Source: Chrysomallon squamiferum (taxonomy: Eukaryota > Animalia > Mollusca). From it: a DNA stretch of 64,000 bases. Of this stretch, positions 35,931-50,825 are shown one piece after another (position 1 is the stretch's first letter; every line of letters begins with the position of its first letter). The stretch spans positions 43,028,001 through 43,092,000 of the forward strand of contig CM022665.1 of NCBI GenBank assembly GCA_012295275.1, in the 5' to 3' direction. Position numbers and translations under genes: made by a program. Under the pieces are notes generated by a model, which saw only the letters and a program-made list of their open reading frames with translations, was not told the origin of the DNA and made no database searches.

Positions 35931-38681
35931 TGTATGCATTAATAATCTATGACTGAAAGACAGAATATTTTTACTTTATAACTAATATGTTATTAAAAGG
36001 TACGTGCACACTCGAGTCATAATAAAGCTTATTTATAATAAATTATAAAATTAGCAAAAGTAATTATAATAAAGATTTATTTAAAAAAATCATAATAATA
36101 TTTCTTTTTATTAAGAAAATTTATTTATTTTGATTTTTTTCTTAATTAAAAAAAAAATATATATATATTGTCATAAAAATATATGTAGACATAAATTATT
36201 TTGGATATCCAGACAAACATCTAGAGACTTACTTCAGTTGTTTCCTTTGTGATTGAAAGGCATGAATGAAAAAATTGTTTTATTAGAGATAATTAATAAG
36301 AATACTGTCATGCAAGGGTAGATGCAGAATTTCATAAAATGAGACTACCATCATTTAGAGATGAAATGAATTTAATTTCATAAAGATTTAATAGGAGTGG
36401 GCCAACTCCTGATCATATAACTGCAGGTGCTATGAGAGTTCAGATAAAGGAATTAAGAATTACATAACATGGAAATGTTCACAGGAATATGACAAATTCA
36501 AGTGTTAAGGCTTTTTGCATTATGAGTAATAACAATAAAAACTGTTTTCTTTAACCCTTTTATGTCATTGGCAAGGTATCTATCTGCACATGCTAGAAGG
36601 CTACTGTTGGGGAGATATCTTGACATAATGCGCTAGCTTAAAAGTTATATTTCATTTACACAATTTTCCCTAAATACTCAAACATGAGCTGTACCAAAAT
36701 CTGGCATCAAAAGGGTTAAAATATCAGGTAAAAAAAATTAATGCAATCTAGAAAACACTGTAGAATAGGTTCTAAAGAACATTAATACAGCAAGGTTGAA
36801 AAAAGTAACATAACCTAGAAAACACTGTAGGATAGGTTCTAAAGAACATTAATACAGAAAGGTTGAAAAAAGTAACATAACCTAGAAAACACTGTAGGAT
36901 AGGTTCTAAAGAACATTACTACAGCAAGGTTGAAAAAAGTAACATAACCTAGAAAACACTGTAGGATAGGTTCTAAAAAAACATTAATGCATGATGTACA
37001 GACATATATGCATGCTTAGATAAACACACACAAACATGTACAAACAACAAATAAAACCAAGGTTTAATCTATAAAATATTATTTAAATTTAAAAAAAAAC
37101 AATATTAATGGAACTGAATACAAAACAATATGTCACATGATATTAAAAAAAAAATTAAATAAATAACAAATAACATTAAACAGAACAAACAGCACATTTT
37201 AGAATTAATATAATAAACCAATGAAATCTCACACATTATAAAATCAAAGCATTTAAAACGTTTTTTTTTGTTTTTGTTTTTTCCAAATATTATTCTTAAA
37301 ACATCGGTTTTTAAATGTTATTTTTAACTTTATGAGTATACTGTATTTCATATTTGACAAAAATTAAGTAAATACAGAATAGTTTATTTCATAAGTTCCA
37401 GATTTATCATTTATATATCTTTTTATTTTACATTTTAAGAATTTACTTTGGACTTTACTCCAACAAATTATTATATTTTATTTCATAAAAATTTACTTCT
37501 CATGTGAATTTATTATTAACAAAATTCTTTATTAATCTTTTATTTGTCTTTTTATTTTAGCTGTATGGATTTTCCTCTAGAGTTTAATGTGACTTACATT
37601 ATTTTTTTATTTAATTTTAAAGATTCTACTTTTAGATTTATTATTTTTGATAAATTATTCTTTAATTTTCTTTTAGGTTCATTATTAGTGATAAATTATT
37701 TTTTATCTTTTACTTTTAGAGATTCTTCTCTCGGGTCTGTTAATCATTATTGCTCTGTAAACTGATACTCACAGTCTTTCTGCAGCCTCCAGATCTTTGA
37801 ACACGCTGTTTGTGCTGGTTTCTGATTTGACGAACGTCCTCACCTTCGGATACTCAGCTTTGCCTGCATGCGCAGCCAGCATCCGATGCTGATAAGCTAT
37901 TCGTGCGTCGTGGCGATACTGATTCCTGATTGGTTGAAAAAAACAAATATTTGAAATTTTGAAATCACAGAACCAGTAGGAACGTTAACAAAATTCATAA
38001 CCATAGAATGAAGAAACAAGATTTTGCTTGGAAAGATGTTAGAAATTATATGGTTAAAATATACACTGAAATATTTAGTTCAAAGAAGATATACAAATTT
38101 ATTTATTTCAGCAGTAAGATTTTCAATATGTTTTATTTTACTGTATTTTACTTACCTTAAAAGATTTTTAAAAAATAAATTAATTAAAGATTAAAGAGAG
38201 GAAATTAAAGCAATCTAGAAGAAGACCGACATGACATATCTATAAAATACAATCATTATTAAAACAAGGAAGACAGAAGAGGTTGCCTAATACACTATGG
38301 AAGATCAGGCAAATTCTAACTACTACTAGAGGTTTTCTGATACTAAAAGTACTGGTATGAAAAATTAATATGACCAGACTTTGTAAAAAGAATTAACGTA
38401 TTTTATTTATTAAATAAAAGTGTATTTATATAAAATTATTTAATTATCAGAGCTTGATAAAATTATACTGGTTTTTAAAATGAATATATTATTTTATTAA
38501 ATCTCTTAATCTTTATGTTTCAAAACAAACTTAAAATTTCAACTTGTTATATAATATAATGCAGTTACCTAATCAATTTAAAGTTAATTAATAATGAGTT
38601 TGTTAATAATTACATGACATTTCAACATGAAAATGTTAAATAATAATAATAATATTAATAATAATTATTATTATCAATATC

Positions 38682-38718
<37 letters not shown>

Positions 38719-41700
38719 TGAAAAATCAAGTGGATGGGTTTAAAACTTAACAAATAAATGTTGCCTTGGTAACTCATACATAAATGAAACATTTTCAATG
38801 TGCTTCTGTGTAATGTATATATTTACAAGACAAAGTGTTCAGTGAAAATGTTTTTTAGTGAAATTACGAAGCCCTGCATGCAATATATGTAAATAAATGG
38901 AGGAAAAAGCATATTAACGGTGATATTTATGTACCTAACATGATAAATCAACGTAAAAACTTATATACTCTTTGCATAACAATAATGTTGGTACCATTTA
39001 CATGCTTGTCATAAAAAATATATATATATATAAAAAAATAACAATAAAAATAAATAAATAAAATAAAATGTGGCATATATGAAAACAGTGTACTAACAAA
39101 CCTTTTGAAGAATGTGACAGTATTATACTTGATATTATAAATTATAATAAAATCAATAAAGAAACAAAACAAAACAAAATTATAGAACTGCAGTGTACTG
39201 AATAGATTTTTTACAAATTCATCTGGTGACATTTAAGATATATATATATATATAAATAAATGTAGTGGCTTTAACATAGTACATTTGCATGTGTAACTTT
39301 TATTCATAAATTAGTGTTATGCATACTTGATATAAATTTGATTGGTGCTTTAAAAAATAATGAAAATGATAATAATATGAAAATTAAATGTAGTTACCTC
39401 CTCATCTATTTGCTGTCAGTTTGAAAAGATTAAGGTTTTTTTGTTGTTGTTTTGTTAAATGAGAATTTTTGTAGAAATATGGATATCTGATCATACTTGG
39501 ATATAAAAGATTAAATAAAATACTAACTGAACAATATTTTACAAAATGAAATTTAAGCATGCAGAAAGATAAAGCATATCTATCAACCATGTTGAAAATA
39601 AATGAAAATTATGATTCATGAAAAAGTATTTCAAAACAAGAAGGGATTTTATATTTTTCATGTCATTTCATTGTTAAATTCTTTTTGTTTTTCAAAATAA
39701 AATTATTTCTACAAATGATGATTAATTTCCTCTTCAATATCAACACCATTATAAATTAATTAAAAATTCTCCCATACATACATATTAAATTCCCAAATAA
39801 ATTCAGTTAAGTTAAATCACAATGGTTGACAAATATGCTTATCAATAGCTACAGATATCACACCTATTTTCATGGTTCATATCTAAGAAAAAATACAGAC
39901 AATTAATACTAGATGATTCAGAAAAACTACAGATAATGTTAATATTCAGGATCTGGTTAAACAACAAGAAGGTAATTTAGGGCTTGGGGGGTTTTGAGGG
40001 TTAATAATTCATCTACATAAAATAATTGGAAAATTATATATGAATGGAATTGAAATTCAGAAAAATAAAATTAAACAAGATCTTCAGTACATTTTCAGAT
40101 CTTTTAAAATATAAGTAAAAAAAAAAAGCATTTTGCAAAAGAATTTAAATATAAATCTCTGCAGTTCATGACTTACAAGGAAGTTAAAATGTCAACTTTT
40201 TTATTGCTATTAATTGTAACTGTAATTGTAATAAAATTTAAGAAAAAATATTTCTTAAGCAACTGATCAAGAATAATAATCCAGTAATTCACATCAAAAA
40301 TATTATGTAGCCTATAATTTGGAGTGTAATATAGCTGTATTCTGCTATAACAATGGTATTTTCAGTAAACATTACAACAGAACTATAAAACACACTGTTA
40401 GAATTATAAAAAAGCTGATAAAGAGTCAACATTATTTAACACTTAAAAAAAGCATTCAACTAAACTATAATATTATAAAAACAAACTGTTAGTAAAGAAA
40501 AATCTTATTAAAGTTATTGTAATAATTTTTTTTTTTATTAAATGAAAAATTACTTACTGATTTGCACTTATCTCATTCCTAACGTGATCCAAGGACTCCA
40601 AGAAAAATCGTTCAAGTTCTGTACGCTGCTGAAGAATATTTTTTGCGAGCTTTTTTAATTTTGCTCATCTCCTTCGACTTCATCTCAATTACTCGTTGCA
40701 GCTGGTGGATTTCCACTCGGGCAGCCTCGTTCTCAGTGTTAGACTTCTCAACTAAGTAGTCCTTCTCTGCTTCGAACTCCCTCACAACGTGACTCAGAGA
40801 TTTCTCCAGCGTGTGAACTTTATCTTCAAGCTGAAAGTCATTATTTTAAAATTAATAAAATTAAATAAAAGAAAATTATATACTGTGTAGTAGTTAATAA
40901 AATATTTATAACAGGCATTTAGATAATATTATTTTCGTAATATGTCTTAAATGCTGTTTAATTTTGAAAAATAAAAAAATATTTAGCAAAAATGTTATTA
41001 AGGCTAAAAAAGATCAACAAAAAACAAATCAGATTTTACATCAAAACATATAAAATATAACACATTTTGAACAAGCAAAACATAAACTGGAATTATCAAA
41101 ATAGAAATATATTTTTATTATAACTACAGCAATATCTATGGATGCCAAACTCTGTTGTATCAACTATGGCAGGATGACGATAGGCCTACTGTATACCTAC
41201 TGCTTATCTGTTTTTATTATAAATTATAAAGAATCAATGTTTTTTCTTTTTATATTATCATTACACAAGTTAAGATTTTCTTTAAAAATCCAAGTGATAA
41301 AAAAAATGAATACATTACCCTTTTAATTGCATCTCTCTGCGCCTTGGTCTGAACAATCTTGTCTTGGATCATGATGTCAGCTAGTTCTTTCTGCTCTTTC
41401 AGATTTTGATTTTCTTCTTTGAGTTTCTGATTCTCTTTCTTCAGCAGCTCGCCTTCCTTCATGTGGTAGCTCAGAGCTTCTGCCTGTCGGACATTTTCCT
41501 TGTAGACGGATTTGGTGGTTTCATCAAGGTTTCTGCAGTAACAGGAATGGATATTTTATTATTAAAACTTGTTTGATAAGGTCACATTGTTATTATTAAT
41601 ATTATTGTTTTTGTTGTTTCTGTTATTATTATTCTTCTTATTATTATTTATTTATATATTTTTTTATTCTTTTTATCTTATTTTTTTTATTTTCATGTTC

Positions 41701-44700
41701 ATTTTTAATTTTATTTTTATTTTTATTATTTTTATTCTTTTTATTATTTTTATTTTCATTTTGCTGCTGTTTGTTAATTATTAGAATTGAAATTATTATG
41801 ACTTATTAATTCACCCAAAAAATAACCATTTCATTTTTATTTTTATTTTATTATTATTATTAGTTTTTTTGTTTTTTTTTATCTTTAGTAAACCATATTA
41901 CAAATACAAAATCAGTTATTTTTAATATTCTATTTGTATACAAATTGAAATTATGACATGTCTTAGAGTACTAGACAAAAGAATCAACATTTATTTAACA
42001 GTATTTACAAATATTAATATTTATTACATATTAAACATAGCTTTATATAATGATGATAATTTATGAGAAGGAAATGTAACTCTAACAATAAAGTTAAAGA
42101 AAGGAATTTTTTCATGCATTTTCCCTAAGACAGGAAAACATACGTCTAATATTTTAATTAATAATCAGTTTATTTATTGGTATGAAATGTTAAAATGCTC
42201 TTACGCTATGGCTTCAGTGTGTGCTTTCTGGGCCAGCTCTGCTATTTTCTGGTTCGCTTCTTGCTGCAATCTCATCTGTAAAAACAAACAAAATTGAATT
42301 AAAAGACTGAGTCACTTTTGGTTTGGCTACTAACTAATTTCTAACTTAAAATTGATGTCTAAACTGAAATTAAAGTTTTTATCATTAAATGGTTATTTAT
42401 GTTCCTCTCAGATGTAATATCTGAAGAAAAAAACAAAAACAATAAAAGAACAAAAACAAATACAAATTTAAATAAAGCTCCTTTAGCTTTAAGAAGTATA
42501 TGAAATTATTAAATACCAGAATATGGTGTTTACCTTTTCTTCAAAGAATTTCTGCTCCATTTGTGTCAGAGTGGTTTTGTGTTCTCTGTTAGCTGTATGC
42601 ATTGCCTCCTTAATCTGTGAGAATAAAATTTGTATATATAATTATCTTCTTTTTATTATATATTCTGTTCAATTAGATTTAATATATATATGTATGTTTA
42701 TATTTACAGACACATATACATATATACATATATCCATACACATTTACACCACATACATAGGAATATAGGAATATTATCAGATAGTAATTACTGCAAAAAG
42801 TGTGTGTTTATTTGTGAACAGAAAGAAATTTCTTGAACTGTTCTTATTAATAAAAAGCAAAACGATCTTTTCCTATGCACCTGCCCATGGAAACTAAAAA
42901 TCTCTCAGTATAGTTATTAAAAAAATGACCCATGAAATTAAAAATTCACAAAAACAAAAAAAATGTTTTTTATGTGACAAACCTCGTCCAGTTCTTTCTG
43001 CATCTGTCCACGTTTTCTGCGGAATTCCTTCACCAGTTTCAGTTCTGACTGCATCATCTGAACCTCGCGGCTTTTCTCCTGAAGCCTGTCCTCAAGTTCA
43101 TTGATCTGCTTGCTGAAATCCTCACACAGAACTTCCTTCTCCTTCCTGAACTCCTTCTTATTCTCCTGAATCTGCTGCTGCAGTCTTTCCAACTAAAAAA
43201 AACCCAAAAAGAATGAGATAGCAAGCTTATATCATTTCTTTTTCTTGTTGAAATATAAGTGTATATAAATATAATAAATATTTAACTTATTCTTCTAGGA
43301 TTAGTGTTAATTTAATTAACATTTTGAATTTTAATTATTAACTTAATTCTACTACAATAATTTTGTGCTAACTAAAAATAACCCCATATAACATATTTAA
43401 AAATATTTGAAATTTGAAATCTATTATACAAAGGCATATTTTCAATATGGTAAACCCTCAGTTTAAACAAACTAATGGGGATGTAACTAGTTTTTTATAA
43501 AAATAAAATGAGTGATTTTTTTTAACCACATAATCATTAAAATATCAGTAAAACAAAAAAAATGTAGGATGTATAAAATATTAATTTCAAATAAGTAAAA
43601 GATTAAATATCAAAACTTTAATATCAAAAAATAAAAAGTTGAATATATCCAGTGTTAACATATCACTAGCATGCATACAATGCCATTTACTTCTGACAGT
43701 ATGAGAATGTATTAGAATACCTTTAAGTCTTTTTCTTGATCTTGCTTTTTCAAATATGTAATCACATCTATTGTGTCCTGTTCTGTGTGTATCATCTGCG
43801 ACTGCAGAGCATCGTTTTCTATCATAAGCTTTTTGGCATTTTCTCTGAAAATGAAAATACAAAGACACCAAGTTTATATTTTTTTATTTTTTTATTTTGT
43901 ATTTTGTTGCTTTAGGATGACAAGTTAAAATATTAAGGATTTGTAATGAAAAAAAAAAAAAATGTAATTGTATGTAGTATTATATGATCACTTGACAACT
44001 GTGGTAGTTTTTGTTTTAATTGTTATAGCAGTTGCTGTAGTATTATTTAATTATTTAAGTTTATTAACAAATATAAATGAAGAAAATACTACTACAACAC
44101 AATTAGTAGTATAAAATAAATTACCAATTTGACTTTGTCACAGCACATACAACATAAATACATACATACATACATATATATATATATATACACACACTAT
44201 ATATATACTTTTTATGAGGCAAAAATATATATATATATATATATACTTATATAACTGTAGACATAAACAAATTAAAGTTCACTCCGAATAGAGATTTATA
44301 TTTTATATGCTTTGTACAAAACCTTTGTAAAAAAAAAAAATAAAAAAAATCATCAATTTTGCCTTATCTGCCTCAATGCAGTTATGATCACGTGTATAAA
44401 TTACAACAGATTAAAAATCACATTATAAACTGTTTAAAATAGATTAGAAGAGTGTGTATATTATGTTATCAAATTACAAATAAATATATATATATATAGT
44501 ATTATCAGAACTGGCAGTTAATGCTAGTTACTGAAGCAGCTGTAGTAGTACAAGTAGTGGTAAAATTACTGGTGGTGTGGTAGTAGTAGCAGTAGTAAAA
44601 GTAGCTTTAGTGATATTAATATTAACAGCAACAGTAGTGGATTACTGGGTCATAAGAGTTGTGGGTTATTGGGTTGAAGTAATTGTAACTGTTGTTACTG

Positions 44701-44872
44701 TTTCAGAAGTATTAAATGTCGTTACCTGAATTCTTGTTTTGCACGTTCTGTTCTGTCCAGTCGAATTTCCCATATTCTAGAATTAGCTGTAGCAGTTGCA
44801 ACTACTGATTCGGCTTTTTTTGCTTTCTTAGCCCCTTTCTTCCTGTTTATAATAATAATAATAATAATACAT

Positions 44873-44921
<49 letters not shown>

Positions 44922-45303
44922 TATTTACATTCTCATCGGCTATGATGTTTATATACTATAATACAGCATATGAAAAATACTAACGAACGTTTTAATAAAC
45001 TTGCAGGCTTCGATTTTATATTGATATAACATCTTAATTATTAATTACCACTACATATTAAAAATTGCCGTTTCATTTTTTATAAAATAATAATAAACGC
45101 GTTTAACACGCGAATTATATTACACTTTTAATAATTAAACATTTCAAACAACAACAAAAATTAAATAAATAAATAAACTAAAATCATTTTCTGGTAAACT
45201 AAACTTATAAATGTCCTCGTTTCATTTATTAACATTTAGATGATAAAATTTACCCTTTCTTTCCCTTTCCCTTTCCTTTCCCCTTTTTCGATTTCTTCGG
45301 CAT
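34287..45303 (-). CDS. BBOF1: basal body-orientation factor 1 (CCDC176), 11 coding exons, ~525 aa
   Basis: Exons 45303-45254, 44842-44726, 43844-43721, 43192-42983, 42614-42534, 42275-42205, 41532-41319, 40830-40558, 37925-37773, 35709-35542, 34404-34287. Peptides MPKKSKKGKGKGKGKK, EQDTIDVITYLKKQD, VKEFRRKRGQMQKELDE, MEQKFFEEKMRL, LAKNILQQRTELERFFL, VDISDLTWEQKERVLRYLFAKMNG, TFLTQ. One extra base in a homopolymer at 40651-40656. Confidence 0.92.
35105..35395. repeat. ~94-bp tandem repeat, ~3 units
   Basis: ATTCTAGACA..CCCAAGATA..GAGACAAACAAGATTACTGACCC repeated. Confidence 0.8.
36555..36715. mobile_element. piggyBac-type MITE, ~161 bp
   Basis: TTAA|CCCTTTTATGTCA...TGGCATCAAAAGGG|TTAA: TTAA target site, CCC/GGG termini and imperfect TIRs. 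Confidence 0.7.
36748..36990. repeat. 67-bp tandem repeat, ~3.5 units
   Basis: CTAGAAAACACTGTAG starts at 36748, 36815, 36882 and 36949. Confidence 0.9.
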
Positions 45304-45790
45304 TTTTATGAATGTGTGATCCCTTCCCTTCAATAACTAGGAAACAAAACCAAGCGAAACAGTTTCAAGTGGGCATTTTGCGACCTGACATGGCCGCCAT
45401 TTGTTTACATTGTCATGGAGATTGTGTAATCTCTACAGACATGAGTGGCTCAAAATATTATTTTACGGAAATAAATCGGAACAAACCGGTCGATTCCGTT
45501 TGTGTTCACATGCAACGGCATCGGAATCCAACCTCGTTCTGAAATTGCGAACGTTTCCGATTGCACTTATAAACATCAAGAAAAGGAGGTGTATGAAATT
45601 CAGTTACCTGTTTGCATTAATGACTAAAAAATATTTTTACAATGTCAGTACATACATATTATTGATGTTTAACACGTTTAAGTTAAGAATACCACTCAGA
45701 CATTTGTATCAATCTAACAGTGTTCACAATGAGAATATAGGAGGGTTTACTATTTTCTTTCCTTACGTCATTTAAACAAAACAGGTACTC
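45304..45790. promoter_or_regulatory. bidirectional promoter BBOF1/ENTPD5 with ciliary-type motifs
   Basis: CpG-enriched. RFX X-box-like ATAACTAGGAAAC (45333-45345) and ATTGTCATGGAGAT (45409-45422), YY1 GCCGCCATTTG (45393-45403), forkhead TGTTTAC (45402-45408). Confidence 0.6.
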
Positions 45791-46674
45791 GCGTTGTCTA
45801 TTTTTTATCTTGATGAACTTGACACAAAATATGCGTTGTCATTATGTAGTAGAAAATTGATGTTTCAATCAAAATGAAAAACACTATTGAACCTCTCACT
45901 CTGTGTAAAGGAGGTTAATTGATTTCGTTCCAACTATAATACATTCTAAATCAATTCTTAAACAAGAAACTGAAATTGTAAATGTGGCATGTTCGTGTTA
46001 AAAAATAAATAAATAAATAAATTTAATAAATTAAAAAGAAACTTTTACAAATTTTATTGAGATATCTAGTTATATATAATGACTATAAATGTAATTAGAT
46101 ATTATGTGCTGGGGAAAGGAAATAATAAAATAATACACTGTCAATTTGTAAATGATTAGTAAAACAAAATTGGATGTTGAAACAAAAAATATTTTTAAAC
46201 ATGTTTATATGTTTCATAATGAAGAATCTAGTAAATTTGTTGAAATAAAAATTGTTTAAATATGTTGGAAAAGTTTTTATTATTATTTTAAAATTTAATT
46301 TAATTTTTTTTTTTTTTAATGAAATTAAAATAGAGTAAAACTTAGTATATGTAAAAATGAATCAATCAGTAATGAAATATTGACCTGCTTGAAACTTCAA
46401 AACAAACATTTGAATATTATTTTACAAACAATATATATGTTGCTCCAGGCCAGGCATTATAATAACTTTTATCACAACTGTTTAAAGATTACATCTTTTT
46501 CTACCTTTGTTTTTGTTTTATTATATATATATATATATATATATATATTCAGTTAGGTTGTGTGTCACTGGTCAGCAAAGGATAGACAGATATGGTTGCT
46601 GGGTAACCATTTTTATTGACTGTTGATGGGCCATAGGACGTTTGTTTACCAGTGAGAGAGTGAGTGACTCAGCG

Positions 46675-49404
46675 ATGTTGCCTTTACATTCATTGCTGCT
46701 GTGTGTTCTCTGTGAATTCCCTGCAACATCAGCATTGGCAGCATTAGCAACGCCATCAGTCGGAGAAAGTAGCAGAGATATCCTTAAGACATGCAGTGTG
46801 AACAACTTCACCCAAGTGCAGCATGTAGCTGTAGTTGATGCTGGAAGTACTGGATCACGAATTCACGTGTATGAATTTGAAAGAAATTCAGGTGAGCTGG
46901 GGAAGAAAAGAACAGTGTTTAAAATGATGTACACTTTTAAGATCTTTAATTATAGTGGGCTTTCTCAAAAGAATGTTTTTTTTATCATTATTAACAGATA
47001 TTTAACATCCACTGGCCAAAGAGAGAAAAATTCATTAATGTCATTAAACAAAAGAAACTATAATAAAAAAAAAAAAATATATATATATATATATATACTA
47101 CTGGTGGAAAGAAAGAAAAGTTTCAGGTGTTACTCATGTGAAGAAAAATGCAATAAAAGAATAAATTTTCATTAGTAAATTAGAAATTAGCTGTAGGCTT
47201 CGGATGTTATTAATGAAGACTGTATGCTGCATTGCCCTTAGGAAAATACTGTGGAAGTGTTAAATTATTTTTGGCTTGTTTTACAGATGGTACACTCACA
47301 TTTCAACATGAGACCTACTATTATGTAAGTCCAGGCCTGTCATCTTATGCATTCACTCCAAGCAAGGTGGGTAAAACTCTATCAGAATTTTGCTTTTCTT
47401 TTCATTTTAATCATTTATCTTCTTATAGTATAAATCAGAAAATATAGGCTGTGATAAATTAATTGTGGGATTTTTTTTACTTAGCCTTTACAAAATGTTT
47501 AAATTTCATAACACTATAGTCTATAGCAAACATTTGTACCACTGATTTGGATTTGTTTAATTTTTTGAATAATTTGGCATTTTATTGCTGCTAAAAAATC
47601 AGTTTAATGGCACATTTAGTAAAAGTGGTATAATTTGTAGAAATATTTATTTCTTTATATTCTATTTTATTTTGTTTTTAAACACTATTTGTTATTTATA
47701 AATACATTTTTCTTATTTAAAAAAACACTTTAAAAAAAAAAAAAAATGGGGTGGTTTTGGGGGGCTGGAATGGATTAATGGTATTTGAATTAATTTCAAT
47801 TAGGAAAACTGATTTGATATACGAGCAAACTAAGTTACAAGCTCGGGCATGGAACGAATTAAACTTGTCTAGGTACCACTGTTTATATATATATATATAG
47901 ATAGATAGATAGATAGATACAGTTAAATATGAATAAAATGCATTACTAAATAAGAACTAATATATGTATTATTTTGCAGGGTGCAAACAGCATTAGATCT
48001 CTGATAAAAATAGCAAGATATGTTGTCCCACCAGAGCTGCAGAAGCAGACGCCACTGATCGTCAAGGCAACTGCTGGCTTACGTCTGCTCAAACCTCAAG
48101 ATGCTCACAATCTCCTTAAAGAGGTGATTTAATAAACATTTTACTCCCAAGATCATGCTTATAACACAGACAGACAGACAGACAGACAGAAGACAGACAG
48201 AAAGACAGATACTGACAGACTGACAGATAAACATATATAGATAGATAGATAGATATAGGTATGTACATACATGCATATATATTTAATTATGTATGTATAA
48301 ATATTTACAGTATTTGTATCTGAATAAAATAAACTTGTGATATACATATATATTAAACAGTAAATAATAATGTTAAATATAGAGATATTAGTAAGTTACC
48401 TGTGACGGAAAATTGTTAAACATTTAAAATATTTTATTTATATAAGGTTTGTGTATGTTGTTACAAAGACATATAAATTATTTTCTCTTCGTTTTAGGTT
48501 TTCAAAATGTTAACATTAACAGAGTTTTTGTTGCCTCCCAATGCTGTTGAATTAATAGATGGTATATCAGAGGGTAAGTATTGTTAGAGAATATAAACTT
48601 ATGTGTATTTGTATATACATACATATATGTGTGTACAATGAATTATATGTTTCAGTATAAGATGGATTACATTAAGCAGCATATGTCATAATTTTTCTGA
48701 AATTGTTATAAATACAAATTGATGAGACTTTTTTTTTAGAATAGGTTACTGAGATAAAATGTCAGACATATTTATATTATAAGATTCTGACTGAGTTATT
48801 GTAAGATGCTGAGAATATACAACATATAAATAATTCTCTACTTCATAAAAACCATGAATATGAACTTCAGTGGCTATCAAGCAAAATGAAAATTATGCTA
48901 GGCTAAGGTTAAGTTTGAAATTCTGAAATGGTGTTTTATTAATCATTGTATTTATTTCAGGATTTTTTGGCTGGGTGACTGTCAACTATTTAATTGGTGA
49001 GTTCTTGGATGTTTAAATTAATTACTGATTAATTTTTACAGAGTAATGTAAATTAATTATAAATTTGTTTTATTAAAAATGAAAATGTAATATGCTCCTT
49101 CTACATAAGTATTCAACAGTTCCTCATTGCAGTCCACAATATCTTGTCTTGTATAAATTATTTTGAATATTATAAAGGATGATATTTAAAAATATAATAA
49201 TAATAATATGCATTTTTCAATTAAGTATTCAGTAATATCCAGTCAGTGGGACATTTATATGGAGATAATAATTTTTAAAATGGTTTCTGCTCCTTAATAT
49301 AAATGTGAATATTTTTATAAAGTGTACGTGTGTGGTTTCAAATGAGTCAAAATATATGTACATATTTATGTTATATATCATGTATACTGATAAACTGTGG
49401 AACT

Positions 49405-49466
<62 letters not shown>

Positions 49467-50782
49467 TCTTCTTATTATTACTACTGCTGCTACTACTACT
49501 TCTATTACTATTATTATTATTATTATTATTATTAAAAGTTTTAAAATAAATATTTTCAGGTGCTTTTAACAATCGAGAGAGACTGGCTGTTTCCATGGAT
49601 CTTGGAGGTGGATCCACACAGTTATCTCTCGTTCCTGTATACAATGTCAGTCAACTTTTTATTTAATCTTGTTTTTATGCTTTTCTTGCATTTCTTGCTT
49701 TTCTTTTGAGTATTGCTAAAATTGTATCTAAAGACATTTTTTTAAAGCTTTTAAAATTAATTAATTAATTAAATTTTAAAATCAGTTCAGTTACTGGTTG
49801 AGAACACTTATAATTTTTAATTAAATCAATTTTAAAAATTATAAATAAATATCAAGGAAATTGTATTTTTAATTAAAATAAATAAATAAATAAATAAATG
49901 TCTGCTTCATATAGAAATAGAGTAAAAACTAAACAAGGCTTTGGACCTGATTAAATGAATGTTTCAGTTTTTCATATGGTGAATAGGCTTATCCATGGTC
50001 TTTTGCCCCACCAGGAAGTCAGAGACAGATGGTCATGGTGGCCTAAAGAAATAGCAGCAAATGTACATTCTGATTTATATTCCACCTTACTGCTTGGCAG
50101 CATCATCTCTCATTTGATAATATATATTGTTTGCATGTTATATTTTGTCTATCATCTGTGTTTTTTCTTCTTATGTGTAATTATTCTTTAATTATTATTA
50201 TTATTTATTTATTTATTTATTTATTTTGAAATAATTTTTTCAGGTCCTACAATATATCATCTATTAAAAAAAATAAAAAAAAAAAAAATGTATTTTAAAT
50301 TACAGAAAACTATCTCATCTTTACCTAAAGAAGATCTGAAAAATATTTATTTGTTTAATTCCTACTACAAAGTATATACTCGTAGGTATGTATATTACTC
50401 ACAAGTGTTGATCACACTTACTCACGGTACTCATCATTCGTGCTCACTTGTTCACTGTTTGTACTCGCACACTCCCTGCATTCACTCACTCACTCAATTC
50501 TTATACTTGTTCTCTCTTTAATAAAACATTTATTATTTCATTGGTTTTTACTTTTTTTTACTTTTTTTTCTCTCGTGTATAATGTAGTTTTATTAATATT
50601 AATTTTAAGTAAACATCCATGAATAATTTATATTTATAATGCAGGTTACACATTTGATGTAAAATACATTTTTATAATTAATACAACTTTGTGGATAAAA
50701 TGAAAATGTTGATTTTAAATTTTGGTGGTCTCCAGTAATACATTATCTATTTGTTTGTAGTAATAATAATGATAATAATATA

Positions 50783-50825
<43 letters not shown>

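Noticed and set aside
39398-39415. 15-nt microexon candidate in BBOF1 intron 8
   Set aside because: It would introduce an in-frame TAG.
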